From assembly GCA_964035545.1 (NCBI GenBank), contig OZ037766.1, positions 18,563,081 through 18,627,080 of the forward strand: a stretch of 64,000 bases of DNA, in the 5' to 3' direction. This document shows positions 27,101 to 40,729 of the stretch, in pieces. Made by a program: the position numbers and the translations under genes. This DNA is from Bugula neritina. Taxonomy: Eukaryota; Animalia; Bryozoa. The stretch's first letter is position 1, and the number at the start of each line of letters is the position of its first letter. The notes below the pieces were generated by a model, which was not told the DNA's origin, searched no databases, and saw only the letters and a program-made list of their open reading frames with translations.

Positions 27101-27180
27101 TTCAGTGAGTTGTAGTATATTTCAGTATCTTGCAGTATATCTCAGTATGTTACTGTATATTTCAGTATGTTACAGTATAT
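18140..27180 (+). repeat. Tandem duplication with 4878-bp offset (~18140-22300 vs ~23020-27180)
   Basis: Private variants are shared at +4878: ATTTTACAGT (18409/23287), AAATATCAGT (19429/24307), GCATTTCAAG (20159/25037) and ATGTTGCGGT (20529/25407). ORF pairs are 18429/23307, 20109/24987 and 21439/26317. Confidence 0.88.
22309..22316 (+). other. Truncated 8-bp monomer GTTACAGT (same 2-bp GT deletion), second and last register shift
   Basis: The flanking context is identical to 15891 (ATGTTACTGT ATATTTCAGT ATGTTACAGT ATATTTCAGT GTTACAGT AAATTTCAGT). Monomer starts move from positions ending in 9 to positions ending in 7 and stay there to 64000. Confidence 0.95.
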
Positions 27181-30100
27181 TTCAGTGTGTTACAGTAAAT
27201 TTCAGTATGTTACAGTGCATTTGCAGATATTACACTAAACTTTAGTGAGTTTTAGTGTCTTTCAGTATGTTGCAGTATATTTCAGTATGTTGCAGTATTT
27301 TGCAATATGTATCAGTATGTTACAGTGTATTTCAGTATGTTGCAGTATATTTCAGTATGTTACAATAAATTTCAGTATGTTACAGTATATTTCCGTAAAT
27401 TACTCTATACTTCAGTGAGTTGTAGTATATTTCAGTATCTTGCAGTTTATCTCAGTATGTTACAGTATATTTCAGTATGTTACAGTATATTTCAGTTTGT
27501 TACAGTAAATTTCAGTATGTTACAGTGCATTTGCAGATATTACACTATACTTCAGTGAGTTTTAGTGTCTTTCAGTATGTTGCAGTACATTTCGGTATCT
27601 TGCAACTTATTTCAATGTGTTGCAATGTAATTCAATATGTTACAGTGTATTTCAGTATGTTACAGTGTATTTCAGTATGTTGCAGTATTTTGCAATATAT
27701 ATCAGTATGTTACAGTGTATTTCAGTATGTTGCAGTATGTTTCAGTATGTTACAATAAATTTCAGTATGTTACAGTATATTTCCGTAAATTACACTATAC
27801 TTCAGTGAGTTGTAGTATATTTCAGTATCTTGCAGTATATCTCAGTATGTTACAGTATATTTCAGTATGTTGCAGTATATTTCAGCGTGTTTGAGTATAT
27901 TTCAGTATGACACAGTGCATTTCCAGATATTACGCTATACTTCAGTGAGTTTTAGTGTCTTTCAGTATGTTGCAGTATATTTCGGTATTTTGCAACATAT
28001 TTCAATATGTTGCAATGTATTTCAATATGTAACAGTGTATTTCAGTATGTTGCAGTATGTTGCAATGTATTTCAGTATGTTACAGTGTATTTCAGTAGGT
28101 TTCAGTATCTTGCAGTATATTTCAGCATGTTGCAGTATATTTCAGGATGTTGCAGTATATTTCAGTATGTTACAGTGTTTTGCAGTATTTTGCAGTATAT
28201 TTCAGTGTGTTACAGTATATTTCATTATGTTGCAGTATGTTGCAGTATATTTCAGTAGTTTGCAACATATTTCAGTAGGTTACCATATATTTCGGTATGT
28301 TGCAGCATATTTCAATGTGTTGCAGTGTATTTCAATATGTTACAGTGTATTTCAGTATGTTGCAGTATGTTGCAGTATGATGCAGCATGTTGCAGTGTAT
28401 TTCTGTATGTTACAGTGTAATTCGGAATGTTGCAGTATATTTCAGTATGTTACAGTATGTTTCAGTATGTTGCAGTATATTTCAGTGGGTTATAGTATAT
28501 TTCAGTATGATACAGCGTATTTCAGTATGTTACAGTGTATTTCAGTATGTTGCAGTATTTTGCAATATATTTCAGTATGTTACATCGTATTTCAGTATGT
28601 TGCAGTATATTTCAGTATGTTACAATAAATTTCAGTATGTTACAGTACATTGCCGTAAATTACACTATACTTCAGTGAGTTGTAGTATATTTCAGTATCT
28701 TGCAGTATATCTCAGTATGTTACTGTATATTTCAGTATGTTACAGTATATTTCAGTGTGTTACAGTAAATTTCAGTATGTTACAGTGCATTTGCAGATAT
28801 TACACTAAACTTTAGTGAGTTTTAGTGTCTTTCAGTATGTTGCAGTATATTTCAGTATGTTGCAGTATTTTGCAATATGTATCAGTATGTTACAGTGTAT
28901 TTCAGTATGTTGCAGTATATTTCAGTATGTTACAATAAATTTCAGTATGTTACAGTATATTTCCGTAAATTACTCTATACTTCAGTGAGTTGTAGTATAT
29001 TTCAGTATCTTGCAGTTTATCTCAGTATGTTACAGTATATTTCAGTATGTTACAGTATATTTCAGTTTGTTACAGTAAATTTCAGTATGTTACAGTGCAT
29101 TTGCAGATATTACACTATACTTCAGTGAGTTTTAGTGTCTTTCAGTATGTTGCAGTACATTTCGGTATCTTGCAACTTATTTCAATGGGTTGCAATGTAA
29201 TTCAATATGTTACAGTGTATTTCAGTATGTTACAGTGTATTTCAGTATGTTGCAGTATTTTGCAATATATATCAGTATGTTACAGTGTATTTCAGTATGT
29301 TGCAGTATATTTCAGTATGTTACAATAAATTTCAGTATGTTACAGTATATTTCCGTAAATTACACTATACTTCAGTGAGTTGTAGTATATTTCAGTATCT
29401 TGCAGTATATCTCAGTATGTTACAGTATATTTCAGTATGTTACAGTATATTTCAGTTTGTTACAGTAAATTTCAGTATGTTACAGTGCATTTGCAGATAT
29501 TACACTATACTTCAGTGAGTTTTAGTGTCTTTCATTATGTTGCAGTATATTTCAGTATGTTGCAGTATTTTGCAATACATTTTATTATGTTACAGTGTAT
29601 TTCAGTATGTTGCAGTATATTTCAGTTTGATACAATAACTTTCAGTATGTTACAGTACATTTCCGTAAATTACACTATACTTCAGTGAGTTGTAGTATAT
29701 TTCAGTATCTTGCAGTATATCTCAGTATGTTACAGTATATTTCAGTATGTTGCAGTATATTTCAGCGTGTTTGAGTATATTTCAGTATGACACAGTGCAT
29801 TTCCAGATATTACGCTATACTTCAGTGAGTTTTAGTCTCTTTCAGTATGTTGCAGTATATTTCGGTATTTTGCAACATATTTCAATATGTTGCAATGTAT
29901 TTCAATATGTTACAGTGTATTTCAGTATGTTGCAGTATGTTGCAATGTATTTCAGTATGTTACAGTGTAATTCAGTAGGTTTCAGTATCTTGCAGTATAT
30001 TTCAGCATGTTGCAGTATATTTCAGAATGTTGCAGTATATTTCAGTATGTTACAGTGTTTTGCAGTATTTTGCAGTATATTTCAGTGTGTTAAAGTATAT

Positions 30101-32269
30101 TTCATTATGTTGCAGTATGTTGCAGTATATTTCAGTAGTTTGCAACATATTTCAGTAGGTTGCCATATATTTCGGTATGTTGCAGCATATTTCAAAGTGT
30201 TGCAGTGTATTTCAATATGTTACAGTGTATTTCAGTATGTTGCAGTATGTTCCATTATGCTGCAGTGTATTTCTGTATGTTACAGTGTAATTCAGAATGT
30301 TGCAGTATATTTCGGTATGTTACAGTATGTTTCAGTATGTTGCAGTATATTTCAGTGGGTTATAGTATATTTCAGTATGATACAGCGTATTTCAGTATGT
30401 TACAGTGTATTTCAGTACGTTGCAGTATTTTGCAATATATTTCAGTATGTTACAGCGTATTTCAGTATGTTGCAGTATATTTCAGTATGTTACAATTAAT
30501 TTCAGTATGTTACAGTACATTGCCGTAAATTACACTATACTTCAGTGAGTTGTAGTATATTTCAGTATCTTGCAGTATATCTCAGTATGTTACTGTATAT
30601 TTCAGTAAGTTACAGTATATTTCAGTGTGTTACAGTAAATTTCAGTATGTTACAGTGCATTTGCAGATATTACACTATACTTTAGTGAGTTCTACTGTCT
30701 TTCAGTATGTTGCAGTATATTTCAGTATGTTGCAGTATTTTGCAATACATTTTATTATGTTACAGTGTATTTCAGTATGTTGCAGTATATTTCAGTTTGA
30801 TACAATAAATTTTAGTATGTTACAGTACATTTCCGTAAATTACACTATACTTCAGTGAGTTGTAGTATATTTCAGTATCTTGCAGTATACTTCAGTGAGT
30901 TTTAGTGTCTTTCAGTATGTTGCAGTATATTTCGGTATCTTGCAACTTATTTCAATGTGTTGCAATGTAATTCAATATATTACAGTGTATTTCAGTATGT
31001 TACAGTATATTTCAGTATGTTACAGTATATTTCAGTTTGTTACAGTAAGTTTCAGTATGATACAGTGCATTTGCAGATATTACACTATACTTCAGTGAGT
31101 TTTAGTGTCTTTCATTATGTTGCAGTATATTTCAGTATGTTGCAGTATTTTGCAATACATTTTATTATGTTACAGTGTATTTCAGTATGTTGCAGTATAT
31201 TTCAGTTTGATACAATAAATTTCAGTATGTTACAGTACATTTCCGTAAATTACACTATACTTCAGTGAGTTGTAGTATATTTCAGTATCTTGCAGTATAT
31301 CTCAGTATGTTACAGTATATTTCAGTATGTTGCAGTATATTTCAGCGTGTTTGAGTATATTTCAGTATGACACAGTGCATTTCCAGATATTACGCTATAC
31401 TTCAGTGAGTTTTAGTGTCTTTCAGTATGTTGCAGTATATTTCGGTATTTTGCAACATATTTCAATATGTTGCAATGTATTTCAATATGTTACATCGTAT
31501 TTCAGTATGTTGCAGTATATTTCAGTATGTTACAATAAATTTCAGTATGTTACAGTACATTGCCGTAAATTACACTATACTTCAGTGAGTTGTAGTATAT
31601 TTCAGTATCTTGCAGTATATCTCAGTATGTTACTGTATATTTCAGTATGTTACAGTATATTTCAGTGTGTTACAGTAAATTTCAGTATGTTACAGTGCAT
31701 TTGCAGATATTACACTAAACTTTAGTGAGTTTTAGTGTCTTTCAGTATGTTGCAGTATATTTCAGTATGTTGCAGTATTTTGCAATATGTATCAGTATGT
31801 TACAGTGTATTTCAGTATGTTGCAGTATATTTCAGTATGTTACAATAAATTTCAGTATGTTACAGTATATTTCCGTAAATTACTCTATACTTCAGTGAGT
31901 TGTAGTATATTTCAGTATCTTGCAGTTTATCTCAGTATGTTACAGTATATTTCAGTATGTTACAGTATATTTCAGTTTGTTACAGTAAATTTCAGTATGT
32001 TACAGTGCATTTGCAGATATTACACTATACTTCAGTGAGTTTTAGTGTCTTTCAGTATGTTGCAGTACATTTCGGTATCTTGCAACTTATTTCAATGTGT
32101 TGCAATGTAATTCAATATGTTACAGTGTATTTCAGTATGTTACAGTGTATTTCAGTATGTTGCAGTATTTTGCAATATATATCAGTATGTTACAGTGTAT
32201 TTCAGTATGTTGCAGTATATTTCAGTATGTTACAATAAATTTCAGTATGTTACAGTATATTTCCGTAAA

Positions 32270-35200
32270 TTACACTATACTTCAGTGAGTTGTAGTATAT
32301 TTCAGTATCTTGCAGTATATCTCAGTATGTTACAGTATATTTCAGTATGTTACAGTATATTTCAGTTTGTTACAGTAAATTTCAGTATGTTACAGTGCAT
32401 TTGCAGATATTACACTATACTTCAGTGAGTTTTAGTGTCTTTCATTATGTTGCAGTATATTTCAGTATGTTGCAGTATTTTGCAATACATTTTATTATGT
32501 TACAGTGTATTTCAGTATGTTGCAGTATATTTCAGTTTGATACAATAACTTTCAGTATGTTACAGTACATTTCCGTAAATTACACTATACTTCAGTGAGT
32601 TGTAGTATATTTCAGTATCTTGCAGTATATCTCAGTATGTTACAGTATATTTCAGTATGTTGCAGTATATTTCAGCGTGTTTGAGTATATTTCAGTATGA
32701 CACAGTGCATTTCCAGATATTACGCTATACTTCAGTGAGTTTTAGTCTCTTTCAGTATGTTGCAGTATATTTCGGTATTTTGCAACATATTTCAATATGT
32801 TGCAATGTATTTCAATATGTTACAGTGTATTTCAGTATGTTGCAGTATGTTGCAATGTATTTCAGTATGTTACAGTGTAATTCAGTAGGTTTCAGTATCT
32901 TGCAGTATATTTCAGCATGTTGCAGTATATTTCAGGATGTTGCAGTACATTTCAGTATGTTACAGTGTTTTGCAGTATTTTGCAGTATATTTCAGTGTGT
33001 TAAAGTATATTTCATTATGTTGCAGTATGTTGCAGTATATTTCAGTAGTTTGCAACATATTTCAGTAGGTTACCATATATTTCGGTATGTTGCAGCATAT
33101 TTCAAAGTGTTGCAGTGTATTTCAATATGTTACAGTGTATTTCAGTATGTTGCAGTATGTTCCATTATGCTGCAGTGTATTTCTGTATGTTCCAGTGTAA
33201 TTCAGAATGTTGCAGTATATTTCGGTATGTTACAGTATGTTTCAGTATGTTGCAGTATATTTCAGTGGGTTATAGTATATTTCAGTATGATACAGCGTAT
33301 TTCAGTATGTTACAGTGTATTTCAGTATGTTGCAGTATTTTGCAATATATTTCAGTATGTTACAGCGTATTTCAGTATGTTGCAGTATATTTCAGTATGT
33401 TACAATTAATTTCAGTATGTTACAGTACATTGCCGTAAATTACACTATACTTCAGTGAGTTGTAGTATATTTCAGTATCTTGCAGTATATCTCAGTATGT
33501 TACTGTATATTTCAGTAAGTTACAGTATATTTCAGTGTGTTACAGTAAATTTCAGTATGTTACAGTGCATTTGCAGATATTACACTATACTTTAGTGAGT
33601 TTTACTGTCTTTCAGTATGTTGCAGTATATTTCAGTATGTTGCAGTATTTTGCAATACATATCAGTATGTTACAGCGTATTTCAGTATGTTGCAGTACAT
33701 TTCAGTATGTTACAATAAATTTCAGTATGTTACAGTATATTTCCGCAAATTACTCTATACTTCAGTGAGTTGTAGTATATTTCAGTATCTTGCAGTATAT
33801 CTCAGTATGTTAGAGTATATTTCAGTATGTTACTGTATTATTCAGTTTGTTACAGTAAATTTCAGTATGTTACAGTGCATTTGCAGATATTACACTATAC
33901 TTCAGTGAGTTTTAGTGTCTTTCAGTATGTTGCAGTATATTTCGGTATCTTGCAACTTATTTCAATGTGTTGCAATGTAATTCAATATATTACAGTGTAT
34001 TTCAGTATGTTACAGTATATTTCAGTATGTTACAGTATATTTCAGTTTGTTACAGTAAGTTTCAGTATGATACAGTGCATTTGCAGATATTACACTATAC
34101 TTCAGTGAGTTTTAGTGTCTTTCATTATGTTGCAGTATATTTCAGTATGTTGCAGTATTTTGCAATACATTTCATTATGTTACAGTGTATTTCAGTATGT
34201 TGCAGTATATTTCAGTTTGATACAATAAATTTCAGTATGTTACAGTACATTTCCGTAAATTACACTATACTTCAGTGAGTTGTAGTATATTTCAGTATCT
34301 TGCAGTATATCTCAGTATGTTACAGTATATTTCAGTATGTTGCAGTATATTTCAGCGTGTTTGAGTATATTTCAGTATGACACAGTGCATTTCCAGATAT
34401 TACGCTATACTTCAGTGAGTTTTAGTGTCTTTCAGTATGTTGCAGTATATTTCGGTATTTTGCAACATATTTCAATATGTTGCAATGTATTTCAATATGT
34501 TACATCGTATTTCAGTATGTTGCAGTATATTTCAGTATGTTACAATAAATTTCAGTATGTTACAGTACATTGCCGTAAATTACACTATACTTCAGTGAGT
34601 TGTAGTATATTTCAGTATCTTGCAGTATATCTCAGTATGTTACTGTATATTTCAGTATGTTACAGTATATTTCAGTGTGTTACAGTAAATTTCAGTATGT
34701 TACAGTGCATTTGCAGATATTACACTAAACTTTGGTGAGTTTTAGTGTCTTTCAGTATGTTGCAGTATATTTCAGTATGTTGCAGTATTTTGCAATATGT
34801 ATCAGTATGTTACAGTGTATTTCAGTATGTTGCAGTATATTTCAGTATGTTACAATAAATTTCAGTATGTTACAGTATATTTCTGTAAATTACTCTATAC
34901 TTCAGTGAGTTGTAGTATATTTCAGTATCTTGCAGTTTATCTCAGTATGTTACAGTATATTTCAGTATGTTACAGTATATTTCAGTTTGTTACAGTAAAT
35001 TTCAGTATGTTACAGTGCATTTGCAGATATTACACTATACTTCAGTGAGTTTTAGTGTCTTTCAGTATGTTGCAGTACATTTCGGTATCTTGCAACTTAT
35101 TTCAATGTGTTGCAATGTAATTCAATATGTTACAGTGTATTTCAGTATGTTACAGTGTATTTCAGTATGTTGCAGTATTTTGCAATATATATCAGTATGT

Positions 35201-38200
35201 TACAGTGTATTTCAGTATGTTGCAGTATATTTCAGTATGTTACAATAAATTTCAGTATGTTACAGTATATTTCCGTAAATTACACTATACTTCAGTGAGT
35301 TGTAGTATATTTCAGTATCTTGCAGTATATCTCAGTATGTTACAGTATATTTCAGTATGTTACAGTATATTTCAGTTTGTTACAGTAAATTTCAGTATGT
35401 AACAGTGCATTTGCAGATATTACACTATACTTCAGTGAGTTTTAGTGTCTTTCATTATGTTGCAGTATATTTCAGTATGTTGCAGTATTTTGCAATACAT
35501 TTTATTATGTTACAGTGTATTTCAGTATGTTGCAGTATATTTCAGGTTGATACAATAACTTTCAGTATGTTACAGTACATTTCCGTAAATTACACTATAC
35601 TTCAGTGAGTTGTAGTATATTTCAGTATCTTGCAGTATATCTCAGTATGTTACAGTATATTTCAGTATGTTGCAGTATATTTCAGCGTGTTTGAGTATAT
35701 TTCAGTATGACACAGTGCATTTCCAGATATTACGCTATACTTCAGTGAGTTTTAGTCTCTTTCAGTATGTTGCAGTATATTTCGGTATTTTGCAACATAT
35801 TTCAATATGTTGCAATGTATTTCAATATGTTACAGTGTATTTCAGTATGTTGCAGTATGTTGCAATGTATTTCAGTATGTTACAGTGTAATTCAATAGGT
35901 TTCAGTATCTTGCAGTATATTTCAGCATGTTGCAGTATATTTCAGGATGTTGCAGTACATTTCAGTATGTTACAGTGTTTTGCAGTATTTTGCAGTATAT
36001 TTCAGTGTGTTAAAGTATATTTCATTATGTTGCAGTATGTTGCAGTATATTTCAGTAGTTTGCAACATATTTCAGTAGGTTACCATATATTTCGGTATGT
36101 TGCAGCATATTTCAAAGTGTTGCAGTGTATTTCAATATGTTACAGTGTATTTCAGTATGTTGCAGTATGTTCCATTATGCTGCAGTGTATTTCTGTATGT
36201 TCCAGTGTAATTCAGAATGTTGCAGTATATTTCGGTATGTTACAGTATGTTTCAGTATGTTGCAGTATATTTCAGTGGGTTATAGTATATTTCAGTATGA
36301 TACAGCGTATTTCAGTATGTTACAGTGTATTTCAGTATGTTGCAGTATTTTGCAATATATTTCAGTATGTTACAGCGTATTTCAGTATGTTGCAGTATAT
36401 TTCAGTATGTTACAATTAATTTCAGTATGTTACAGTACATTGCCGTAAATTACACTATACTTCAGTGAGTTGTAGTATATTTCAGTATCTTGCAGTATAT
36501 CTCAGTATGTTACAGTATATTTCAGTATGTTACAGTATATTTCAGTTTGTTACAGTAAATTTCAGTATGTTACAGTGCATTTGCAGATATTACACTATAC
36601 TTCAGTGAGTTTTAGTGTCTTTCATTATGTTGCAGTATATTTCAGTATGTTGCAGTATTTTGCAATACATTTTATTATGTTACAGTGTATTTCAGTATGT
36701 TGCAGTATATTTCAGTTTGATACAATAACTTTCAGTATGTTACAGTACATTTCCGTAAATTACACTATACTTCAGTGAGTTGTAGTATATTTCAGTATCT
36801 TGCAGTATATCTCAGTATGTTACAGTATATTTCAGTATGTTGCAGTATATTTCAGCGTGTTTGAGTATATTTCAGTATGACACAGTGCATTTCCAGATAT
36901 TACGCTATACTTCAGTGAGTTTTAGTCTCTTTCAGTATGTTGCAGTATATTTCGGTATTTTGCAACATATTTCAATATGTTGCAATGTATTTCAATATGT
37001 TACAGTGTATTTCAGTATGTTGCAGTATGTTGCAATGTATTTCAGTATGTTACAGTGTAATTCAGTAGGTTTCAGTATCTTGCAGTATATTTCAGCATGT
37101 TGCAGTATATTTCAGGATGTTGCAGTACATTTCAGTATGTTACAGTGTTTTGCAGTATTTTGCAGTATATTTCAGTGTGTTAAAGTATATTTCATTATGT
37201 TGCAGTATGTTGCAGTATATTTCAGTAGTTTGCAACATATTTCAGTAGGTTACCATATATTTCGGTATGTTGCAGCATATTTCAAAGTGTTGCAGTGTAT
37301 TTCAATATGTTACAGTGTATTTCAGTATGTTGCAGTATGTTCCATTATGCTGCAGTGTATTTCTGTATGTTCCAGTGTAATTCAGAATGTTGCAGTATAT
37401 TTCGGTATGTTACAGTATGTTTCAGTATGTTGCAGTATATTTCAGTGGGTTATAGTATATTTCAGTATGATACAGCGTATTTCAGTATGTTACAGTGTAT
37501 TTCAGTATGTTGCAGTATTTTGCAATATATTTCAGTATGTTACAGCGTATTTCAGTATGTTGCAGTATATTTCAGTATGTTACAATTAATTTTAGTATGT
37601 TACAGTACATTGCCGTAAATTACACTATACTTCAGTGAGTTGTAGTATATTTCAGTATCTTGCAGTATATCTCAGTATGTTACTGTATATTTCAGTAAGT
37701 TACAGTATATTTCAGTGTGTTACAGTAAATTTCAGTATGTTACAGTGCATTTGCAGATATTACACTATACTTTAGTGAGTTTTACTGTCTTTCAGTATGT
37801 TGCAGTATATTTCAGTATGTTGCAGTATTTTGCAATACATATCAGTATGTTACAGCGTATTTCAGTATGTTGCAGTACATTTCAGTATGTTACAATAAAT
37901 TTCAGTATGTTACAGTATATTTCCGCAAATTACTCTATACTTCAGTGAGTTGTAGTATATTTCAGTATCTTGCAGTATATCTCAGTATGTTAGAGTATAT
38001 TTCAGTATGTTACTGTATTATTCAGTTTGTTACAGTAAATTTCAGTATGTTACAGTGCATTTGCAGATATTACACTATACTTCAGTGAGTTTTAGTGTCT
38101 TTCAGTATGTTGCAGTATATTTCGGTATCTTGCAACTTATTTCAATGTGTTGCAATGTAATTCAATATATTACAGTGTATTTCAGTATGTTACAGTATAT

Positions 38201-40690
38201 TTCAGTATGTTACAGTATATTTCAGTTTGTTACAGTAAGTTTCAGTATGATACAGTGCATTTGCAGATATTACACTATACTTCAGTGAGTTTTAGTGTCT
38301 TTCATTATGTTGCAGTATATTTCAGTATGTTGCAGTATTTTGCAATACATTTCATTATGTTACAGTGTATTTCAGTATGTTGCAGTATATTTCAGTTTGA
38401 TACAATAAATTTCAGTATGTTACAGTACATTTCCGTAAATTACACTATACTTCAGTGAGTTGTAGTATATTTCAGTATCTTGCAGTATATCTCAGTATGT
38501 TACAGTATATTTCAGTATGTTGCAGTATATTTCAGCGTGTTTGAGTATATTTCAGTATGACACAGTGCATTTCCAGATATTACGCTATACTTCAGTGAGT
38601 TTTAGTGTCTTTCAGTATGTTGCAGTATATTTCGGTATTTTGCAACATATTTCAATATGTTGCAATGTATTTCAATATGTTACATCGTATTTCAGTATGT
38701 TGCAGTATATTTCAGTATGTTACAATAAATTTCAGTATGTTACAGTACATTGCCGTAAATTACACTATACTTCAGTGAGTTGTAGTATATTTCAGTATCT
38801 TGCAGTATATCTCAGTATGTTACTGTATATTTCAGTATGTTACAGTATATTTCAGTGTGTTACAGTAAATTTCAGTATGTTACAGTGCATTTGCAGATAT
38901 TACACTAAACTTTGGTGAGTTTTAGTGTCTTTCAGTATGTTGCAGTATATTTCAGTATGTTGCAGTATTTTGCAATATGTATCAGTATGTTACAGTGTAT
39001 TTCAGTATGTTGCAGTATATTTCAGTATGTTACAATAAATTTCAGTATGTTACAGTATATTTCCGTAAATTACTCTATACTTCAGTGAGTTGTAGTATAT
39101 TTCAGTATCTTGCAGTTTATCTCAGTATGTTACAGTATATTTCAGTATGTTACAGTATATTTCAGTTTGTTACAGTAAATTTCAGTATGTTACAGTGCAT
39201 TTGCAGATATTACACTATACTTCAGTGAGTTTTAGTGTCTTTCAGTATGTTGCAGTACATTTCGGTATCTTGCAACTTATTTCAATGTGTTGCAATGTAA
39301 TTCAATATGTTACAGTGTATTTCAGTATGTTACAGTGTATTTCAGTATGTTGCAGTATTTTGCAATATATATCAGTATGTTACAGTGTATTTCAGTATGT
39401 TGCAGTATATTTCAGTATGTTACAATAAATTTCAGTATGTTACAGTATATTTCCGTAAATTACACTATACTTCAGTGAGTTGTAGTATATTTCAGTATCT
39501 TGCAGTATATCTCAGTATGTTACAGTATATTTCAGTATGTTACAGTATATTTCAGTTTGTTACAGTAAATTTCAGTATGTTACAGTGCATTTGCAGATAT
39601 TACACTATACTTCAGTGAGTTTTAGTGTCTTTCATTATGTTGCAGTATATTTCAGTATGTTGCAGTATTTTGCAATACATTTTATTATGTTACAGTGTAT
39701 TTCAGTATGTTGCAGTATATTTCAGGTTGATACAATAACTTTCAGTATGTTACAGTACATTTCCGTAAATTACACTATACTTCAGTGAGTTGTAGTATAT
39801 TTCAGTATCTTGCAGTATATCTCAGTATGTTACAGTATATTTCAGTATGTTGCAGTATATTTCAGCGTGTTTGAGTATATTTCAGTATGACACAGTGCAT
39901 TTCCAGATATTACGCTATACTTCAGTGAGTTTTAGTCTCTTTCAGTATGTTGCAGTATATTTCGGTATTTTGCAACATATTTCAATATGTTGCAATGTAT
40001 TTCAATATGTTACAGTGTATTTCAGTATGTTGCAGTATGTTGCAATGTATTTCAGTATGTTACAGTGTAATTCAGTAGGTTTCAGTATCTTGCAGTATAT
40101 TTCAGCATGTTGCAGTATATTTCAGGATGTTGCAGTACATTTCAGTATGTTACAGTGTTTTGCAGTATTTTGCAGTATATTTCAGTGTGTTAAAGTATAT
40201 TTCATTATGTTGCAGTATGTTGCAGTATATTTCAGTAGTTTGCAACATATTTCAGTAGGTTACCATATATTTCGGTATGTTGCAGCATATTTCAAAGTGT
40301 TGCAGTGTATTTCAATATGTTACAGTGTATTTCAGTATGTTGCAGTATGTTCCATTATGCTGCAGTGTATTTCTGTATGTTCCAGTGTAATTCAGAATGT
40401 TGCAGTATATTTCGGTATGTTACAGTATGTTTCAGTATGTTGCAGTATATTTCAGTGGGTTATAGTATATTTCAGTATGATACAGCGTATTTCAGTATGT
40501 TACAGTGTATTTCAGTATGTTGCAGTATTTTGCAATATATTTCAGTATGTTACAGCGTATTTCAGTATGTTGCAGTATATTTCAGTATGTTACAATTAAT
40601 TTCAGTATGTTACAGTACATTGCCGTAAATTACACTATACTTCAGTGAGTTGTAGTATATTTCAGTATCTTGCAGTATATCTCAGTATGT
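32270..40690 (+). repeat. Near-perfect tandem duplication, 2 x 4180 bp (3010-bp unit plus 1170-bp subunit)
   Basis: Private variants are shared at +4180: TTCCGCAAAT (33741/37921), TTTGGTGAGT (34731/38911) and TTCAGGTTGA (35541/39721). Landmark spacings run 1680, 1330, 1170, 1680, 1330. Confidence 0.9.
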
Positions 40691-40729
40691 TACTGTATAT
40701 TTCAGTAAGTTACAGTATATTTCAGTGTG

